Below the pieces are notes generated by a model. The model was not told the DNA's origin. It did no database searches and saw only the letters and a program-made list of their open reading frames with translations. Positions 12,961 to 26,893 of a stretch of DNA of 43,608 nucleotides are shown piece by piece. Positions within the stretch are counted from its first letter, which is position 1. Each line of letters opens with the position of its first letter. The stretch is from Octopus bimaculoides (lineage: Eukaryota): the NCBI RefSeq assembly GCF_001194135.2, contig NC_068988.1, forward strand, positions 48,602,197 to 48,645,804, written 5' to 3'. Made by a program: the position numbers and the translations under genes.

Positions 12961-13989
12961 ATGAAAAATGAATTTTAATGCAAAAATATGAATAACTGAA
13001 AGCCAAACCCACCTCCAACTCCAAAAAAGTCGCATTTCAACGAAAACGTGGTACATCCTTTAAGTGTTCTTCATGAACTTTTAGGCATAGATGATTTGCA
13101 GAATGGCTTCCGCTATGCAAGGCATGCAAAAAGTAAAATATTGCTGAAAAATATCTTTGATATTGACGACAGAACAGCATTTAAATTGCAATGAAGGGAT
13201 GATTTCATTCTTGCATTCTCTGATACCCGAATTGATCACGGGCACTTGCAGGATGATTTGATCATGGGCCCTTTGCGCCCAAAGAAAGAGGATGGTGAAT
13301 GTGAAAATGATCAGCGTTCTGTGTTTACATATATGTAGTTGCTTTGTATAATAAAAAAAAAGAGTATTTTTAATACGTTTCAATATAATGCCTCTTCACC
13401 GTACCCCATATTGCTTCGTTTATCCCTACATAGTTTCTAGTTCTTTTTCTGTGTGTTTTTAATGCAGGACTAAACGACAAGGATATGAAGAAAACATTTG
13501 TCAGATAAGAGTAATCCAGGATTTTGTGTCAGACTGCTTCACTCACTTCATGTGCTTATTTCTTTATGCTAATGAAATCTTTTTATTCCTAATTTGTTCT
13601 GAAGAATTAATTTTAACTTTTATTACTTTGTTTCTTAATAGGTCATTATTGTTATTACTAACCCGTCTCTTTTATTCGGTGTAAAAATTCCAGCTTCTTA
13701 CATGCTTTTTTTTCTTTAGTTTTTAGTTGTTTCGTTTTTTAATATATGTATTCTGCACAGCATATTGAACCCTTGGAGCTCAATTATGGTTTTACATTCG
13801 GAGTTCAAATCCCGAAATCGTATTCAAATTTAATAGTCTTAATTTTATTGTGCAACATTACTGCACTACTGGGTATAGCTCTTTCTGATTCCTGTACACG
13901 TACTGTTAGTTTTGTGTTTATGCCATTCATTATATCGATGACTCTATATGATGTGTGTGACGTCATTTCTCTTCTAAAACCAAAAACTG

Positions 13990-14265
13990 TGTGTTGTGAA
14001 TGTACTTAAGATGGAGATATTACGCATTTTTATGCAAGTGTCATTAAAAATTTCAAAAGCATATTTTATTATTACACGGGTTGTTGCTGATTTCAGTCCT
14101 CACTTCCTGGTAGTCAATATTTCGCGATCTTTACGTTTGGGTAATGCCTTTCCCTCTCTTGTAGAGATACATTAAATTGTACGGGGACAGGGACATCGAT
14201 TGGCAGGTACTTATTTTCCTGATATTCAATTGACAACAATATCCGGCCGATTATAATCTTTTTTT
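13990..14265 (-). mobile_element. Second, more decayed RLE-type (R4/Dong-like) 3' fragment
   Basis: Minus frames give YNRPDIVV and QENKYLPIDVPVPVQFNVSLQERE (RPDI..IDV.VP...KE pattern). Its 5' truncation abuts trinucleotide repeats. Confidence 0.65.
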
Positions 14266-14378
14266 CTTTTGATATTCTTGTGATGATGACGACGATGATG
14301 ATGATAGTAATGATAATGGTGGTTGTTGTTGTTGTTATTATTATCATTATTATTATTGTTGTTGTTGTTGTTATCATT

Positions 14379-14920
14379 GAGTGAGAAAGCAGCGCATGCC
14401 ATCAAAGTGACACTAGGGTAAAATATACGAAGCCCAGTATACCCATCATGACTACCCTTCTGGTAAGGGTACACCAGGCACTTACCATATGTGCGAGACA
14501 TGATGATCTCATATCAAGATAAACAGCGCATGACCTCGCAGGTGGGGTCCAGTTAGAATTTTCTTCAGGTCGAGTAGCCCATCCCGCTCAAATCGTCCTT
14601 GAATAAATGGCGTTTAAGTATGTTGAACGAAACTCTCATGTTTCCAAAGGTGAATTATTCAAACTCCAAAGAATTCCTCTCAACAAATGGCTATGATGCT
14701 TCCCCATTACTTCTGCTCTTGATTAGAGATGCACATATTGTCAGCCACCAAGGGACATGTTCAACTGCTTTAAGATCAAATAACTGACAAGCAAATCTGT
14801 GCTATTGAGCAGAATATTTGCTGTAGCCCAACTTTTATATGAAGATAAAACAATGTACATGATAACACTTCCAATCAATTAATATCAGAAGCCATGAGAA
14901 CCACTGTCTGGTACTGCATC
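14379..14920. mobile_element. ~540 bp interspersed-repeat-like block bounded by trinucleotide microsatellites; family unassigned
   Basis: Sharp compositional block (gagtgagaaagcagcgcatgcc...ggtactgcatc) between (ATT/GTT)n tracts with no ORF. It resembles an abundant octopus repeat from memory only; not verified. Confidence 0.5.
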
Positions 14921-15943
14921 TATTATTATTGTTGTTGTTTTTGATATTATTATGGCTTCACATGTGGAATCCACGCTAGAATCACCGCTCGTGAGTTTTC
15001 ACTAATTTTGCATGTCATTTGCCATTTTCGGTCGCTGAAATTGTAATCGGATGTATCCAAATATCTTCTGAATGAGTTTCACCCCATTTCAAACTCTCTC
15101 AGACATAATTTTCAATCTATCCTTTTTCACAACATGACTAGCACTTGTCTAAAATGAGGAATGGGTGTAGGGGAAAATGTATTTGCTTCCTTCTGTTCAA
15201 TCGACTTGAGGCACTGTAGTCAACCTAGTGTATCGGTCGCCACTCCCTTTGACTTTTGAAAACAACCTACAGACAATAACACCACCACTGCCATCACCAC
15301 TAACATCAACTATAACAATAACGACATCAGCAAGAACAACACCAACAACAATAATAGTAGTAACGAAACCAGCAGCAACAACAACAATGATAATATTATA
15401 ACTATCAGCAGCAGTATCGGCATCAACAAAAGCGCTGACTTCTACAACAGTATCAACAGGAATGCTATTTACGAATACAGTAACGAGAATACATATCCGA
15501 AAGAAATGCTTGCAGGGGAATGAATCTCTCCTGCAGGNNNNNNNNNNGTTGCATTCTAGTATCTTTATCAAAAAGTGGCTGACAGTGGCAAAACTCGTGA
15601 GACTGAATGGATGTACTCTGAATATGCTTTTCTAAACAGGAAGAAACAAACTGGAAGAGGGAACTTTCCCATGCTTTGGAGACGGCAGAATAATACAGGA
15701 TTTTTGTGTAGGTTTTACCCCCGGATTGCACTAAGTGAACTGCCCCGCTACTGGGGTTTCTATTTATTTGCTTATTGTTTATTTCTCAACTTTCTATTAT
15801 ATATCCTCTGTTATATCCTTTAATGTGATAGTGTCTCTTCTTGATCGATGTTAATCCTACATGTTTTTGTAGTTCATTTCGTGCTGTAACTCGTCCTTCG
15901 ATATTATCTTCCATGTCTCGGGCCCTTGTGGCCAATAAAAGAA

Positions 15944-16000
<57 letters not shown>

Positions 16001-16500
16001 TCAACTCAGGTTTTGTTGAAGATTCGGGAGTCTTGCATGCGTAGCTGTCTTGCTATTTACAATCTACGGCATTATGCTTTCTGCTCTTTTCAACTATCTA
16101 ATACTTTCCAGATTATTCTGATATTGTCAAGCAGACAGACCTTTTAATAACAGTTCTACTGTATATTCTACACTCAATTACATTAAATTCGTCTTGATGA
16201 CTCCTGATATTGTCCCCAGGAACCCAACATAAATTTGTACTGTCTTTATCTTTTTCATTTTTTCACACTCAAGATATTTCGTATTCAAGAGGGATGTATA
16301 TGTCCCGTCTTCCTTCTTGATTATTCGTGTACCAAAGGGGTACGCAACATCAATTATAGAGGACATGTGGTTCCCTTTGCCCACCACCACTAGCTCCAGC
16401 TTATTGTCCTCAAGCATTTTGTCTGTTTGAAATCAGAAATTCCACAGAATTTTGCAGGTCTCCGACTCTGCCACTAGTCTATAGCTTGTGCTCATATTAC
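16001..16500 (-). mobile_element. 3' fragment of an RLE-type (R4/Dong-like) non-LTR retrotransposon
   Basis: Minus translation CKILWNF*FQTDKMLEDNKLELVVVGKGNHMSSIIDVAYPFGTRIIKKE...IYVGFLGTI matches the KILWDFxIQTD..HNKPDIV..IIDVAxP..KE..GxLG restriction-like endonuclease pattern. The C-terminus KVCLLDNIRIIWKVLD* is followed by a short 3' UTR ending in (AAT)n at 15946-16000. Confidence 0.8.
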
Positions 16501-16539
16501 GACTTGCCTCGCTCTAGAACTCCACATCATTAGTTTTTG

Positions 16540-16646
16540 TTATTGTATTTGTACAAGTAATAGTATTGGTATTGCTACTAAGATTGCTGTTGCTGCTGCT
16601 GCTGTTACTTCTGCTACTACTACGACTGATGTTGCTGCTGCTGCTG

Positions 16647-16709
<63 letters not shown>

Positions 16710-17260
16710 TCTGTATATATTTTGTCATCAATATCTTTCTATGCGATTTTAATGGTAATATCATCATATGAACAAAATATGCGTAGTTTATGAATACGTA
16801 ATGTATCTTATACACACACTGTCATTCATGCACTTACACACGCACACACGCGCAGGCTGTCACGCATATACACACGCAAATTCATATTCTATATACTTTA
16901 TTTGGAAAATATATATATAAATATTGAAAAACAATTTCATTGGAGATTAATAAACAACAACAACAGCAACGAGAAAAGTAACAACACGAGCAACAAAAGC
17001 AGGAGCATTAAAAAAAAAATCAATACTATCACCACCGCCACCACCACAAATACCACCACCACAACAACAACAACAACCGCAACAATTACAATTATCAGCA
17101 TCATCGTCATCATCACCATCATCCTTATCATCCAACACCAACACCATTAAGATCAACAACAGCAACAACGAAAAGGATGAAGACTACATCAGCGATAAAC
17201 AGTTTCAACATTAACAATACCAAGACAAAATTCAGGTTATAATTTAAAATCACAACAACA
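16540..17260. repeat. Compound trinucleotide microsatellite field
   Basis: (GCT)n, (CTA)n, (CAA)n, (CAC)n and (CAT)n runs that account for the poly-L/V/T ORFs. Confidence 0.9.
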
Positions 17261-20200
17261 ATGAAGCTATGAAGAAAAAAAAAATTCTTTTTTTTATTTT
17301 TTTATTCAATATTCAAATTCCAATGCAGATTCAATGAAACGTATTGGAGAATGCAACATGTGTCCTGCAGTGGAGTTTAATTACTGTATTATGCTGTCAA
17401 TGTCGCTAGACACATTTGTCAAATACCTATTGAATATATATGAATGTATGTANNNNNNNNNNNNNNNNNNNNNNNNNNNNNNNNNNNNNNNNNNNNNNNN
17501 NNNNNNNNNNNNNNNNNNNNNNNNNNNNNNNNNNNNNNNNNNNNNNNNNNNNNNNNNNNNNNNNNNNNNNNNNNNNNNNNNNNNNNNNNNNNNNNNNNNN
17601 NNNNNNNNNNNNNNNNNNNNNNNNNNNNNNNNNNNNNNNNNNNNNNNNNNNNNNNNNNNNNNNNNNNNNNNNNNNNNNNNNNNNNNNNNNNNNNNNNNNN
17701 NNNNNNNNNNNNNNNNNNNNNNNNNNNNNNNNNNNNNNNNNNNNNNNNNNNNNNNNNNNNNNNNNNNNNNNNNNNNNNNNNNNNNNNNNNNNNNNNNNNN
17801 NNNNNNNNNNNNNNNNNNNNNNNNNNNNNNNNNNNNNNNNNNNNNNNNNNNNNNNNNNNNNNNNNNNNNNNNNNNNNNNNNNNNNNNNNNNNNNNNNNNN
17901 NNNNNNNNNNNNNNNNNNNNNNNNNNNNNNNNNNNNNNNNNNNNNNNNNNNNNNNNNNNNNNNNNNNNNNNNNNNNNNNNNNNNNNNNNNNNNNNNNNNN
18001 NNNNNNNNNNNNNNNNNNNNNNNNNNNNNNNNNNNNNNNNNNNNNNNNNNNNNNNNNNNNNNNNNNNNNNNNNNNNNNNNNNNNNNNNNNNNNNNNNNNN
18101 NNNNNNNNNNNNNNNNNNNNNNNNNNNNNNNNNNNNNNNNNNNNNNNNNNNNNNNNNNNNNNNNNNNNNNNNNNNNNNNNNNNNNNNNNNNNNNNATATA
18201 TATATATATATATATATATACATACATACACAGACACACACAAATATCTCTCTATGTGTATCATGTGCTTCTTTGCTTTTCTTTCTCAAATTACGTATAG
18301 ATATATATGTGTGTGAAAGTATATGTGTGTGTGTGTGTATGCTTCTATAATTATATATACACATATACATTAATCCGTAGGTAAGTTCTATATCTGTACC
18401 TGTTTGTGTGTAGAAAGGTATATACATATATACATATGCATATGAGTTTGTGAGTTTATTAGTTTTATTATGTGTGCGAGTGTGTATATGTATGTAAGTG
18501 TGTTTGTATATGTATGTGATTGTGTGAGTGTGTGTCCACACGTGTGTATAAACTATCTCGAAGACATGTCTGCATCATTGAACGTAAGTGATTTAAATAA
18601 CGGCAATATTGTTTATATATCTAACCTCCATACGGACAATGAACTAGACCAGACCAGACTACTCTACTTCAGCCCCTCCCTTGCACACAATAACATTCAA
18701 TAAAGGGAGAAATCATTATCTCTATTGATTTATTGCACAGCAAAAGAAAACTAAATAAATATCGTTGGGGTATATATATATATAAACATACATATTTATA
18801 TATGTATATATGTATGAATATATATTTATATATGTGTGTATGTATATACATAAGCATAGATATATATATATATATATATATACATACATTCAAACATGCA
18901 CACATTCAGTAGGGAGAGAGAGAGATAAAAAGATAGATTAAGATAGAAAGGCGTATATGTATATGTGTATATNNNNNNNNNNNNNNNNNNNNNNNNNNNN
19001 NNNNNNNNNNNNNNNNNNNNNNNNNNNNNNNNNNNNNNNNNNNNNNNNNNNNNNNNNNNNNNNNNNNNNNNNNNNNNNNNNNNNNNNNNNNNNNNNNNNN
19101 NNNNNNNNNNNNNNNNNNNNNNNNNNNNNNNNNNNNNNNNNNNNNNNNNNNNNNNNNNNNNNNNNNNNNNNNNNNNNNNNNNNNNNNNNNNNNNNNNNNN
19201 NNNNNNNNNNNNNNNNNNNNNNNNNNNNNNNNNNNNNNNNNNNNNNNNNNNNNNNNNNNNNNNNNNNNNNNNNNNNNNNNNNNNNNNNNNNNNNNNNNNN
19301 NNNNNNNNNNNNNNNNNNNNNNNNNNNNNNNNNNNNNNNNNNNNNNNNNNNNNNNNNNNNNNNNNNNNNNNNNNNNNNNNNNNNNNNNNNNNNNNNNNNN
19401 NNNNNNNNNNNNNNNNNNNNNNNNNNNNNNNNNNNNNNNNNNNNNNNNNNNNNNNNNNNNNNNNNNNNNNNNNNNNNNNNNNNNNNNNNNNNNNNNNNNN
19501 NNNNNNNNNNNNNNNNNNNNNNNNNNNNNNNNNNNNNNNNATACAACAACCGATGCAAGTCGCAATAACTACTACTACCTCTACTACTACTAGTAATAAC
19601 ATTGACAGCATTCACCACGACAACAACAGCAACTACCACAGCTATCTTTACAACAACAATAACGAATCTACTGCAACGCTTTAACAATAAAATCACAACA
19701 ACAGCCACTGCAAAAACAACTACATCTAAAGCCATCGCCAGCGCCGCAGCTATTTTACCACCAGCCGATAAATAATTTTCTCTTCAGTAAAATTGCTTAC
19801 CAGAAGTTTAAAACAAAAGACACAAGGCAAGAATGACACACATATTCGTTCTCATACTTATGCATATACGCGCTTATAAGTATACTTTATCACTAACACT
19901 CACATATACACAAATTCACAAGAGCAAACGTACATCCTTACATATGCACCGCTCACTTGCGAATGTGTACGATCACAAAGACGCACAGGCAAATCGACGT
20001 ATAGTGTTCGTTGTTATAATCATGTACACGCTTACACAAATACAAGCACACGTAGAATGCAAAACAATAAGCGGAATCATGGATATATGTATCCTCTTCG
20101 TATACACACATGTACACACACACAGAGACATATATATAAATATATATGTATGTATATATGTATACATGTATATGTCTCTATATATGTGTGTATACGTATA

Positions 20201-20447
20201 TATATTTGTGTATATATGTATATATATATATAGGTGTGTATATATGTATATATACATACGTACATACATACATACATAGATAATTTGTTCACTAGTATTC
20301 CTTCACGCACAAGCAGAAATTCACTTATATTATATTGAAACTTCCACATTGGAGTACTCTTCTGCGCACAAAGGTAGATTCACACCACATACACGCTTCA
20401 ATACATGTATATGTGTACTCACATTTTTATGCTTTTTTAACACACAC

Positions 20448-20507
<60 letters not shown>

Positions 20508-22416
20508 GCATATACATGCACACACACATACATACATACATATTTATATATATATATATATACATGTAAGTATATGCTTGTATATGTAGAATGTTGAAAA
20601 GTAACGACAAATTTGATATNNNNNNNNNNNNNNNNNNNNNNNNNNNNNNNNNNNNNNNNNNNNNNNNNNNNNNNNNNNNNNNNNNNNNNNNNNNNNNNNN
20701 NNNNNNNNNNNNNNNNNNNNNNNNNNNNNNNNNNNNNNNNNNNNNNNNNNNNNNNNNNNNNNNNNNNNNNNNNNNNNNNNNNNNNNNNNNNNNNNNNNNN
20801 NNNNNNNNNNNNNNNNNNNNNNNNNNNNNNNNNNNNNNNNNNNNNNNNNNNNNNNNNNNNNNNNNNNNNNNNNNNNNNNNNNNNNNNNNNNNNNNNNNNN
20901 NNNNNNNNNNNNNNNNNNNNNNNNNNNNNNNNNNNNNNNNNNNNNNNNNNNNNNNNNNNNNNNNNNNNNNNNNNNNNNNNNNNNNNNNNNNNNNNNNNNN
21001 NNNNNNNNNNNNNNNNNNNNNNNNNNNNNNNNNNNNNNNNNNNNNNNNNNNNNNNNNNNNNNNNNNNNNNNNNNNNNNNNNNNNNNNNNNNNNNNNNNNN
21101 NNNNNNNNNNNNNNNNNNNNNNNNNNNNNNNNNNNNNNNNNNNNNNNNNNNNNNNNNNNNNNNNNNNNNNNNNNNNNNNNNNNNNNNNNNNNNNNNNNNN
21201 NNNNNNNNNNNNNNNNNNNNNNNNNNNNNNNNNNNNNNNNNNNNNNNNNNNNNNNNNNNNNNNNNNNNNNNNNNNNNNNNNNNNNNNNNNNNNNNNNNNN
21301 NNNNNNNNNNNNNNNNNNNNNNNNNNNNNNNNNNNNNNNNNNNNNNNNNNNNNNNNNNNNNNNNNNNNNNNNNNNNNNNNNNNNNNNNNNNNNNNNNNNN
21401 NNNNNNNNNNNNNNNNNNNNNNNNNNNNNNNNNNNNNNNNNNNNNNNNNNNNNNNNNNNNNNNNNNNNNNNNNNNNNNNNNNNNNNNNNNNNNNNNNNNN
21501 NNNNNNNNNNNNNNNNNNNNNNNNNNNNNNNNNNNNNNNNNNNNNNNNNNNNNNNNNNNNATATATATATATATATATATATATACGTGCTTACATGCCA
21601 ACCAATGAATGGAGTCCCTACATAGGTCTGAAAATCGTATCCGCTAACTTTCCTACAAATAACTCACAGAACTATCAGTATATCAAACGCACTCTCTAAT
21701 GTATACACTCACACAACTGTTTGTACAAACCTATTACTGGAAAACTTTTATGCAATCACTTGATCTGCTAGAGCAAGCAATAAAATTTTACTCGATACTT
21801 GCTCGCTAAATTAAATTAAATGCAGAAGGATACGTCGAATAATATTGTTGTTGACATAAAACGACATGTTTGGCACGGTTGGAGCATCATTTTTTTATAG
21901 TTGTACTTGATCATATCTAATATACAAAAAAGATGTTAAGCAGTAACTCAATAAGCTTCTACGCAATACGACATTATGTTAGAAATAACGTAACTTCAAA
22001 TAGTACATTAACATCTAAAACAATGGATCAATATATAAAAGAACGTAGTCTTCGATATGATCATAGGAAAAGACTTTCGTCATTGGTCTGCTCGTGTTAG
22101 AAGCACATCCATACTTCTTTCCAAATCTCATATCCTAACTTTAAAAACAAGGAAGGGGAGATTTTGCAATGTAGTCCTTGATTTTGAGAAGAGAAAAAAA
22201 GAAAGGTTACCCCTGGAACCCATTTTCACAAAAATTCTGCTCTATCAGAGCTAACCTGTGCTTACCTCAATGATATAATCTAAATACTGTTGCTAGACGT
22301 TATAACAAAAGCAACCAAATCTCCTTGAAAGCTAACAGTAGAATATTGAAATGCATATAAATGTGTGTGTGTGTATGTGTGTATGACTCTGTGTGTACAT
22401 GCACACACACACACAC

Positions 22417-22458
<42 letters not shown>

Positions 22459-22950
22459 NNNNNNNNNNNNNNNNNNNNNNNNNNNNNNNNNNNNNNNNNN
22501 NNNNNNNNNNNNNNNNNNNNNNNNNNNNNNNNNNNNNNNNNNNNNNNNNNNNNNNNNNNNNNNNNNNNNNNNNNNNNNNNNNNNNNNNNNNNNNNNNNNN
22601 NNNNNNNNNNNNNNNNNNNNNNNNNNNNNNNNNNNNNNNNNNNNNNNNNNNNNNNNNNNNNNNNNNNNNNNNNNNNNNNNNNNNNNNNNNNNNNNNNNNN
22701 NNNNNNNNNNNNNNNNNNNNNNNNNNNNNNNNNNNNNNNNNNNNNNNNNNNNNNNNNNNNNNNNNNNNNNNNNNNNNNNNNNNNNNNNNNNNNNNNNNNN
22801 NNNNNNNNNNNNNNNNNNNNNNNNNNNNNNNNNNNNNNNNNNNNNNNNNNNNNNNNNNNNNNNNNNNNNNNNNNNNNNNNNNNNNNNNNNNNNNNNNNNN
22901 NNNNNNNNNNNNNNNNNNNNNNNNNNNNNNNNNNNNNNNNNNNNNNNNNN

Positions 22951-23226
22951 ACAGGTGCACCCTTAACGTAGTTCTCGGTGATATTCAGCGTGACAAGGCT
23001 GACCTTTTGAATTACAGGCACAACAGAAACAGAGAAACAGGAAGTAAGAGAGAGAAAGTTGTGGTGAAAGAGTACAACAGGGTTCGCCACCATCGCCTGC
23101 TGGAGCCTCGTGGAGCTTTAGGTGTTTTCGCTCAATAAACACTCACAACGCCTGATCTGGGAATCGAAACCGCGATCCTATGACCGCGAGTCCGCTGCAC
23201 TAACCACTGGGCCATTGCGCCTCCAC
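22951..23226 (-). mobile_element. Well-preserved tRNA-headed SINE of a third family
   Basis: Reverse complement gtggaggcgcaatggcccagtggttagtgcagcggactcgcggtcataggatcgcggtttcgattcccag has clear A and B boxes followed by a non-tRNA body, so it is a SINE rather than a tRNA gene. The 3' end is lost in an N gap. Confidence 0.8.
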
Positions 23227-23717
23227 AGATCGATAGATAGATAGACGTAAAGTAACACCAATATTCACATATTCAGTAATACCATCATATACATCATACA
23301 CAAACAGGTATTCGCATGAACACATTAGCAGATATATTAGTCATCTTCTGCACAGTCTGTGGAACTACTTGAAAGACAAGACAAAATCTACTTCAAATCA
23401 TACCCTCTGCAATGTTATAAAGGAAAGACACATAAGCTACATAAAAAATGTAGTTCATAATATACAAAACACTGGAAAGATCATGGTTGCAACGTACTTT
23501 ACGAATGTTCTTATTAAATACAACTGAAAGCAACTCCAGTATATTGTAAGTGTTTTGATCATAAATTTACTTACTTTCCACCCGAACTTACTTCCTAATG
23601 TACTGCAGCTTTCAGAAACAGGGAGTGAAAAATTGGTAAGAATCAGCAAAGAACATAGATTGTATGAGACTAAATGATAGTAGAGACAGTTGTATGAGAA
23701 GTAGGGACATACATATG

Positions 23718-23810
23718 CATTCTCACAGACACACACATTCTCACGGACACACACATTCTCACAGACACACACATTCTCACAGACACACACATTCTCACAG
23801 ACACACACAG
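23718..23810 (+). repeat. 18-bp minisatellite x5
   Basis: (cattctcacagacacaca)5 with one substitution. Confidence 0.9.
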
Positions 23811-24382
23811 ACACGTACACATTCATACACATAACACTCATATACTTATATACTCATATAATTTGAAATGAAATTTCAAACCCAGCCTTAGTTGAATCTA
23901 CAAGGGATTCTGGCTCGTATGACAGCCGAGAACCAGAGGCATTCCGGGTGCGTGAATGTGTGTGAGTGTTTTTTGTGTGTGTGTGCGCGTGTCTGAATGT
24001 GTGTGAGAGAATGTTTACAAAGAGTACCTCTTTGTAAACTTTATTATTAAAATAAATATCATCTAAAAAAGCCATTTCCATTAATTTTTTTTAAATATAT
24101 AATACTGTAGAAAGAACTTTCCTTTTCTTATACTAATCTATCTATCTATCTATCTATCTCAATCGCGAATTTTATAACAGTTAGTACATGTTCCAAATAT
24201 ATGTTAGCTTTCTGCACTGTCTTATATTGGCGACACATACTAACGTTTGCTAAATTGGTGACTTCCATTGTTTTATGGCATAACTATGCTACAGAATGTG
24301 TTTTGCACCTATATTGACTACATTTCATTTCGCTTGAACTTTGCATGTATACATTTTGCTGTTTTCAGTATTATCAATGTTG

Positions 24383-24435
<53 letters not shown>

Positions 24436-24477
24436 CTGCGTTCGTTATGTCTATAGTAAACTATGGTAAAGAACACT

Positions 24478-24680
24478 TTACGCTGTTTTAATGAGCCCAC
24501 ATCTAATGAAGTAGTCATCCTTATTGTTGGTGATCCCATTGCAAATCATGATATTCTCATTCGTGTTCAAGATAACAAACTCAACGTGTTTCACACTCTC
24601 ATCCCGCTTATGATGCTCTCGAGTATAATCCTATTCTGTGGAATGGACAAGATGGGTATTATTTCAATGATCTTTTGATT
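24478..24680 (+). mobile_element. Helitron Rep/helicase gene fragment
   Basis: CFNEPTSNEVVILIVGDPIANHDILIRVQDNKLN, then after a frameshift SHPAYDALEYNPILWNGQDGYYFN. This resembles the Helitron RepHel segment N.PT..EVA.IIVGD...RDIV..R...L....H..YDALQYPLLF..GEDG. Confidence 0.75.
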
Positions 24681-24771
24681 CTGCAACAAGGTAGCCAATT
24701 ACAAACAAAAGGGTGTCGTTAAATGACTTCTATTCTAACCAACTGATGTCAAGGCCAGAACAATCAAATCC

Positions 24772-24984
24772 TTTCTACTATAAGCACAAGGCCTTAAATT
24801 TCGGGGGAGGGGACCAGTCAATTACATGGACACCACTGTCTTACTGGTACTTAATTTATCGGCTTCGAAAGGACGAAAGGCAAAGTTGACCCCGGCAGCA
24901 TTTTTAGTCAGAACACAAAGGCAGGCGAAATACCGCTGAAGCATTTTGCCCGGCATGCTAATGATTCTGTCGACTCGCCGCCTT
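24772..24984 (-). mobile_element. OK-like SINE
   Basis: Reverse complement aaggcggcgagtcgacagaatcattagcatgccgggcaaaatgc...gtcaactttgcctttcgtcctttcgaagccgataaattaagtaccag. Confidence 0.8.
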
Positions 24985-25790
24985 TCAGAACAATTAAATC
25001 AATTACATATGTCAAATAAACTTTATTTTCATTTAAATATTTTGTACGTTACCTCAATAACCAGCTACAGTTATTTCAAATACACTTCTCTACAACGACC
25101 AGATTTCATTATAAAATGAATATAGTTTCACACTTACAATTTGAACCAAATTTAGAAAGTGTTGCATTACGAGAGTAACAATGTGAGAATAATGAAAGAC
25201 ATCTTTGTCCGAATTAGTCACATGTGTATGATAATAAAGGAAGCTGCTTATTATCGATCTACCAAATAAACTATGTTTTTCACACAACTCTTTTTTTGCA
25301 ACTAAAATGACATCAGCAACTAGGTTGGGTTGCACAATTTTGAGGTCACATTCAGACAATATTTTGATTTGCTTTTAATGTATCACTTTCATCCCATATT
25401 TCAAACATGTGTAGAATTGTACTCAGACAAACATTTATGAAAATGTACATATAAATATTATATTAAAATAAGCCGCAACCAAAGAATTAAGAAATTGTGG
25501 TGAGGACGGGGAAAATTACAATTTTGAAAACGTGATTTCTGGACAAAATCGTATTAACCCCTTTTATACGATGAACAAACACATAGTTTCTGATCCGTCT
25601 TAAGAACAGAAAGCACTTTCAGGCAAATCCATGGAAATTGTACCCTCGCTCTTCACTATTAAACAAAAATAACTTCCATTATTCCATTAACAATATGCCA
25701 GCTGTGCCGATTCTGCCCATAAGAAAGGAGCAAATAATACGTGTTAATAAGTCATACTCAGGCAACACCGTGATGCATTGCTAGTATATA

Positions 25791-25867
<77 letters not shown>

Positions 25868-26156
25868 GTCTGTATGAGTTAGAGGTAAATAAACCATCTA
25901 AGGGATATTAAATGTCTAGTACACTACTGGATGTGTACCTACGTATTTTTAACAATTCCATGGCAATATAGCAATTGAATACTAGGTATGGGTGGGGATA
26001 AATTGGAAATTTACCCAAGGCAAATAGGAAAATGGAGAGGATATTAAATCGGCATACATCAGCCAGTAAATATTCCATTATATCTATTTATTAAATGATA
26101 ACAAACATGCGTTTAAGTGGTACAAGTAAACGAATGAGATCAGCTAATAAATACAT

Positions 26157-26234
<78 letters not shown>

Positions 26235-26237
26235 CGA

Positions 26238-26893
26238 TAGATAAATGAACAATAATAGATGAGTGTAGAGATACAAACCTTTTCTGGCCGTTTCTACCAT
26301 GAGGCCTCAGAATCTTCCAAGTCTTCCTCATCACGTCAGCGATATACAGGGATGAACAAACATTGGATAATGGTTAAGATTGGATTATGGTTGAACCTCA
26401 AGGCTTCTTAAGAGTACAAATGTTAGGAAACTAACATGTGGGAAATTCAGTTAGAATAATAGAGTGGTATAAGATAAGATAGAGTAAAAGAGATTAAAAT
26501 AAAGGTAAGTAATGCAATCTAATAGACATGGTAAGGAAAATTAAGAACTTCATTTTAAAGTGTTATTATAATAACACCTTAAAATGCAGTTCTTACTTTT
26601 CCTTAACATGTCTATTAGATTACATTATTTTTTAAATTTTTACCTATTTTACTCTATCTTTATCTTATTTACCCTACTCTATTATTCTAACTGAATTCGC
26701 CAAGTGTTAGTTTCCTAACATTTGTACTCTCTTAATAAGCCTTGAGGCTTAACCACTATCCAATCTCTGTCCTGTGTATGTTCATCCCTGTATATCACTG
26801 ACGTGATGAGGGTGACTTGGAAGATTCTGAGGCCTTATGGTAGAAACGGCCGCAAGGGATTTGTACATGTACGCTCATCTACTATTATTCTTT

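Noticed and set aside
23150-23226. Possible tRNA gene
   Set aside because: The tRNA-like head continues into a SINE body and lacks a proper acceptor stem and terminator.
23718-23810. CRISPR-like array
   Set aside because: It is a head-to-tail minisatellite with no unique spacers, in a eukaryotic context.
24487-24640. Minus-strand open frame DYTREHHKRDESVKHVEFVILN... as an exon
   Set aside because: It is the antisense shadow of the Helitron fragment on the plus strand.
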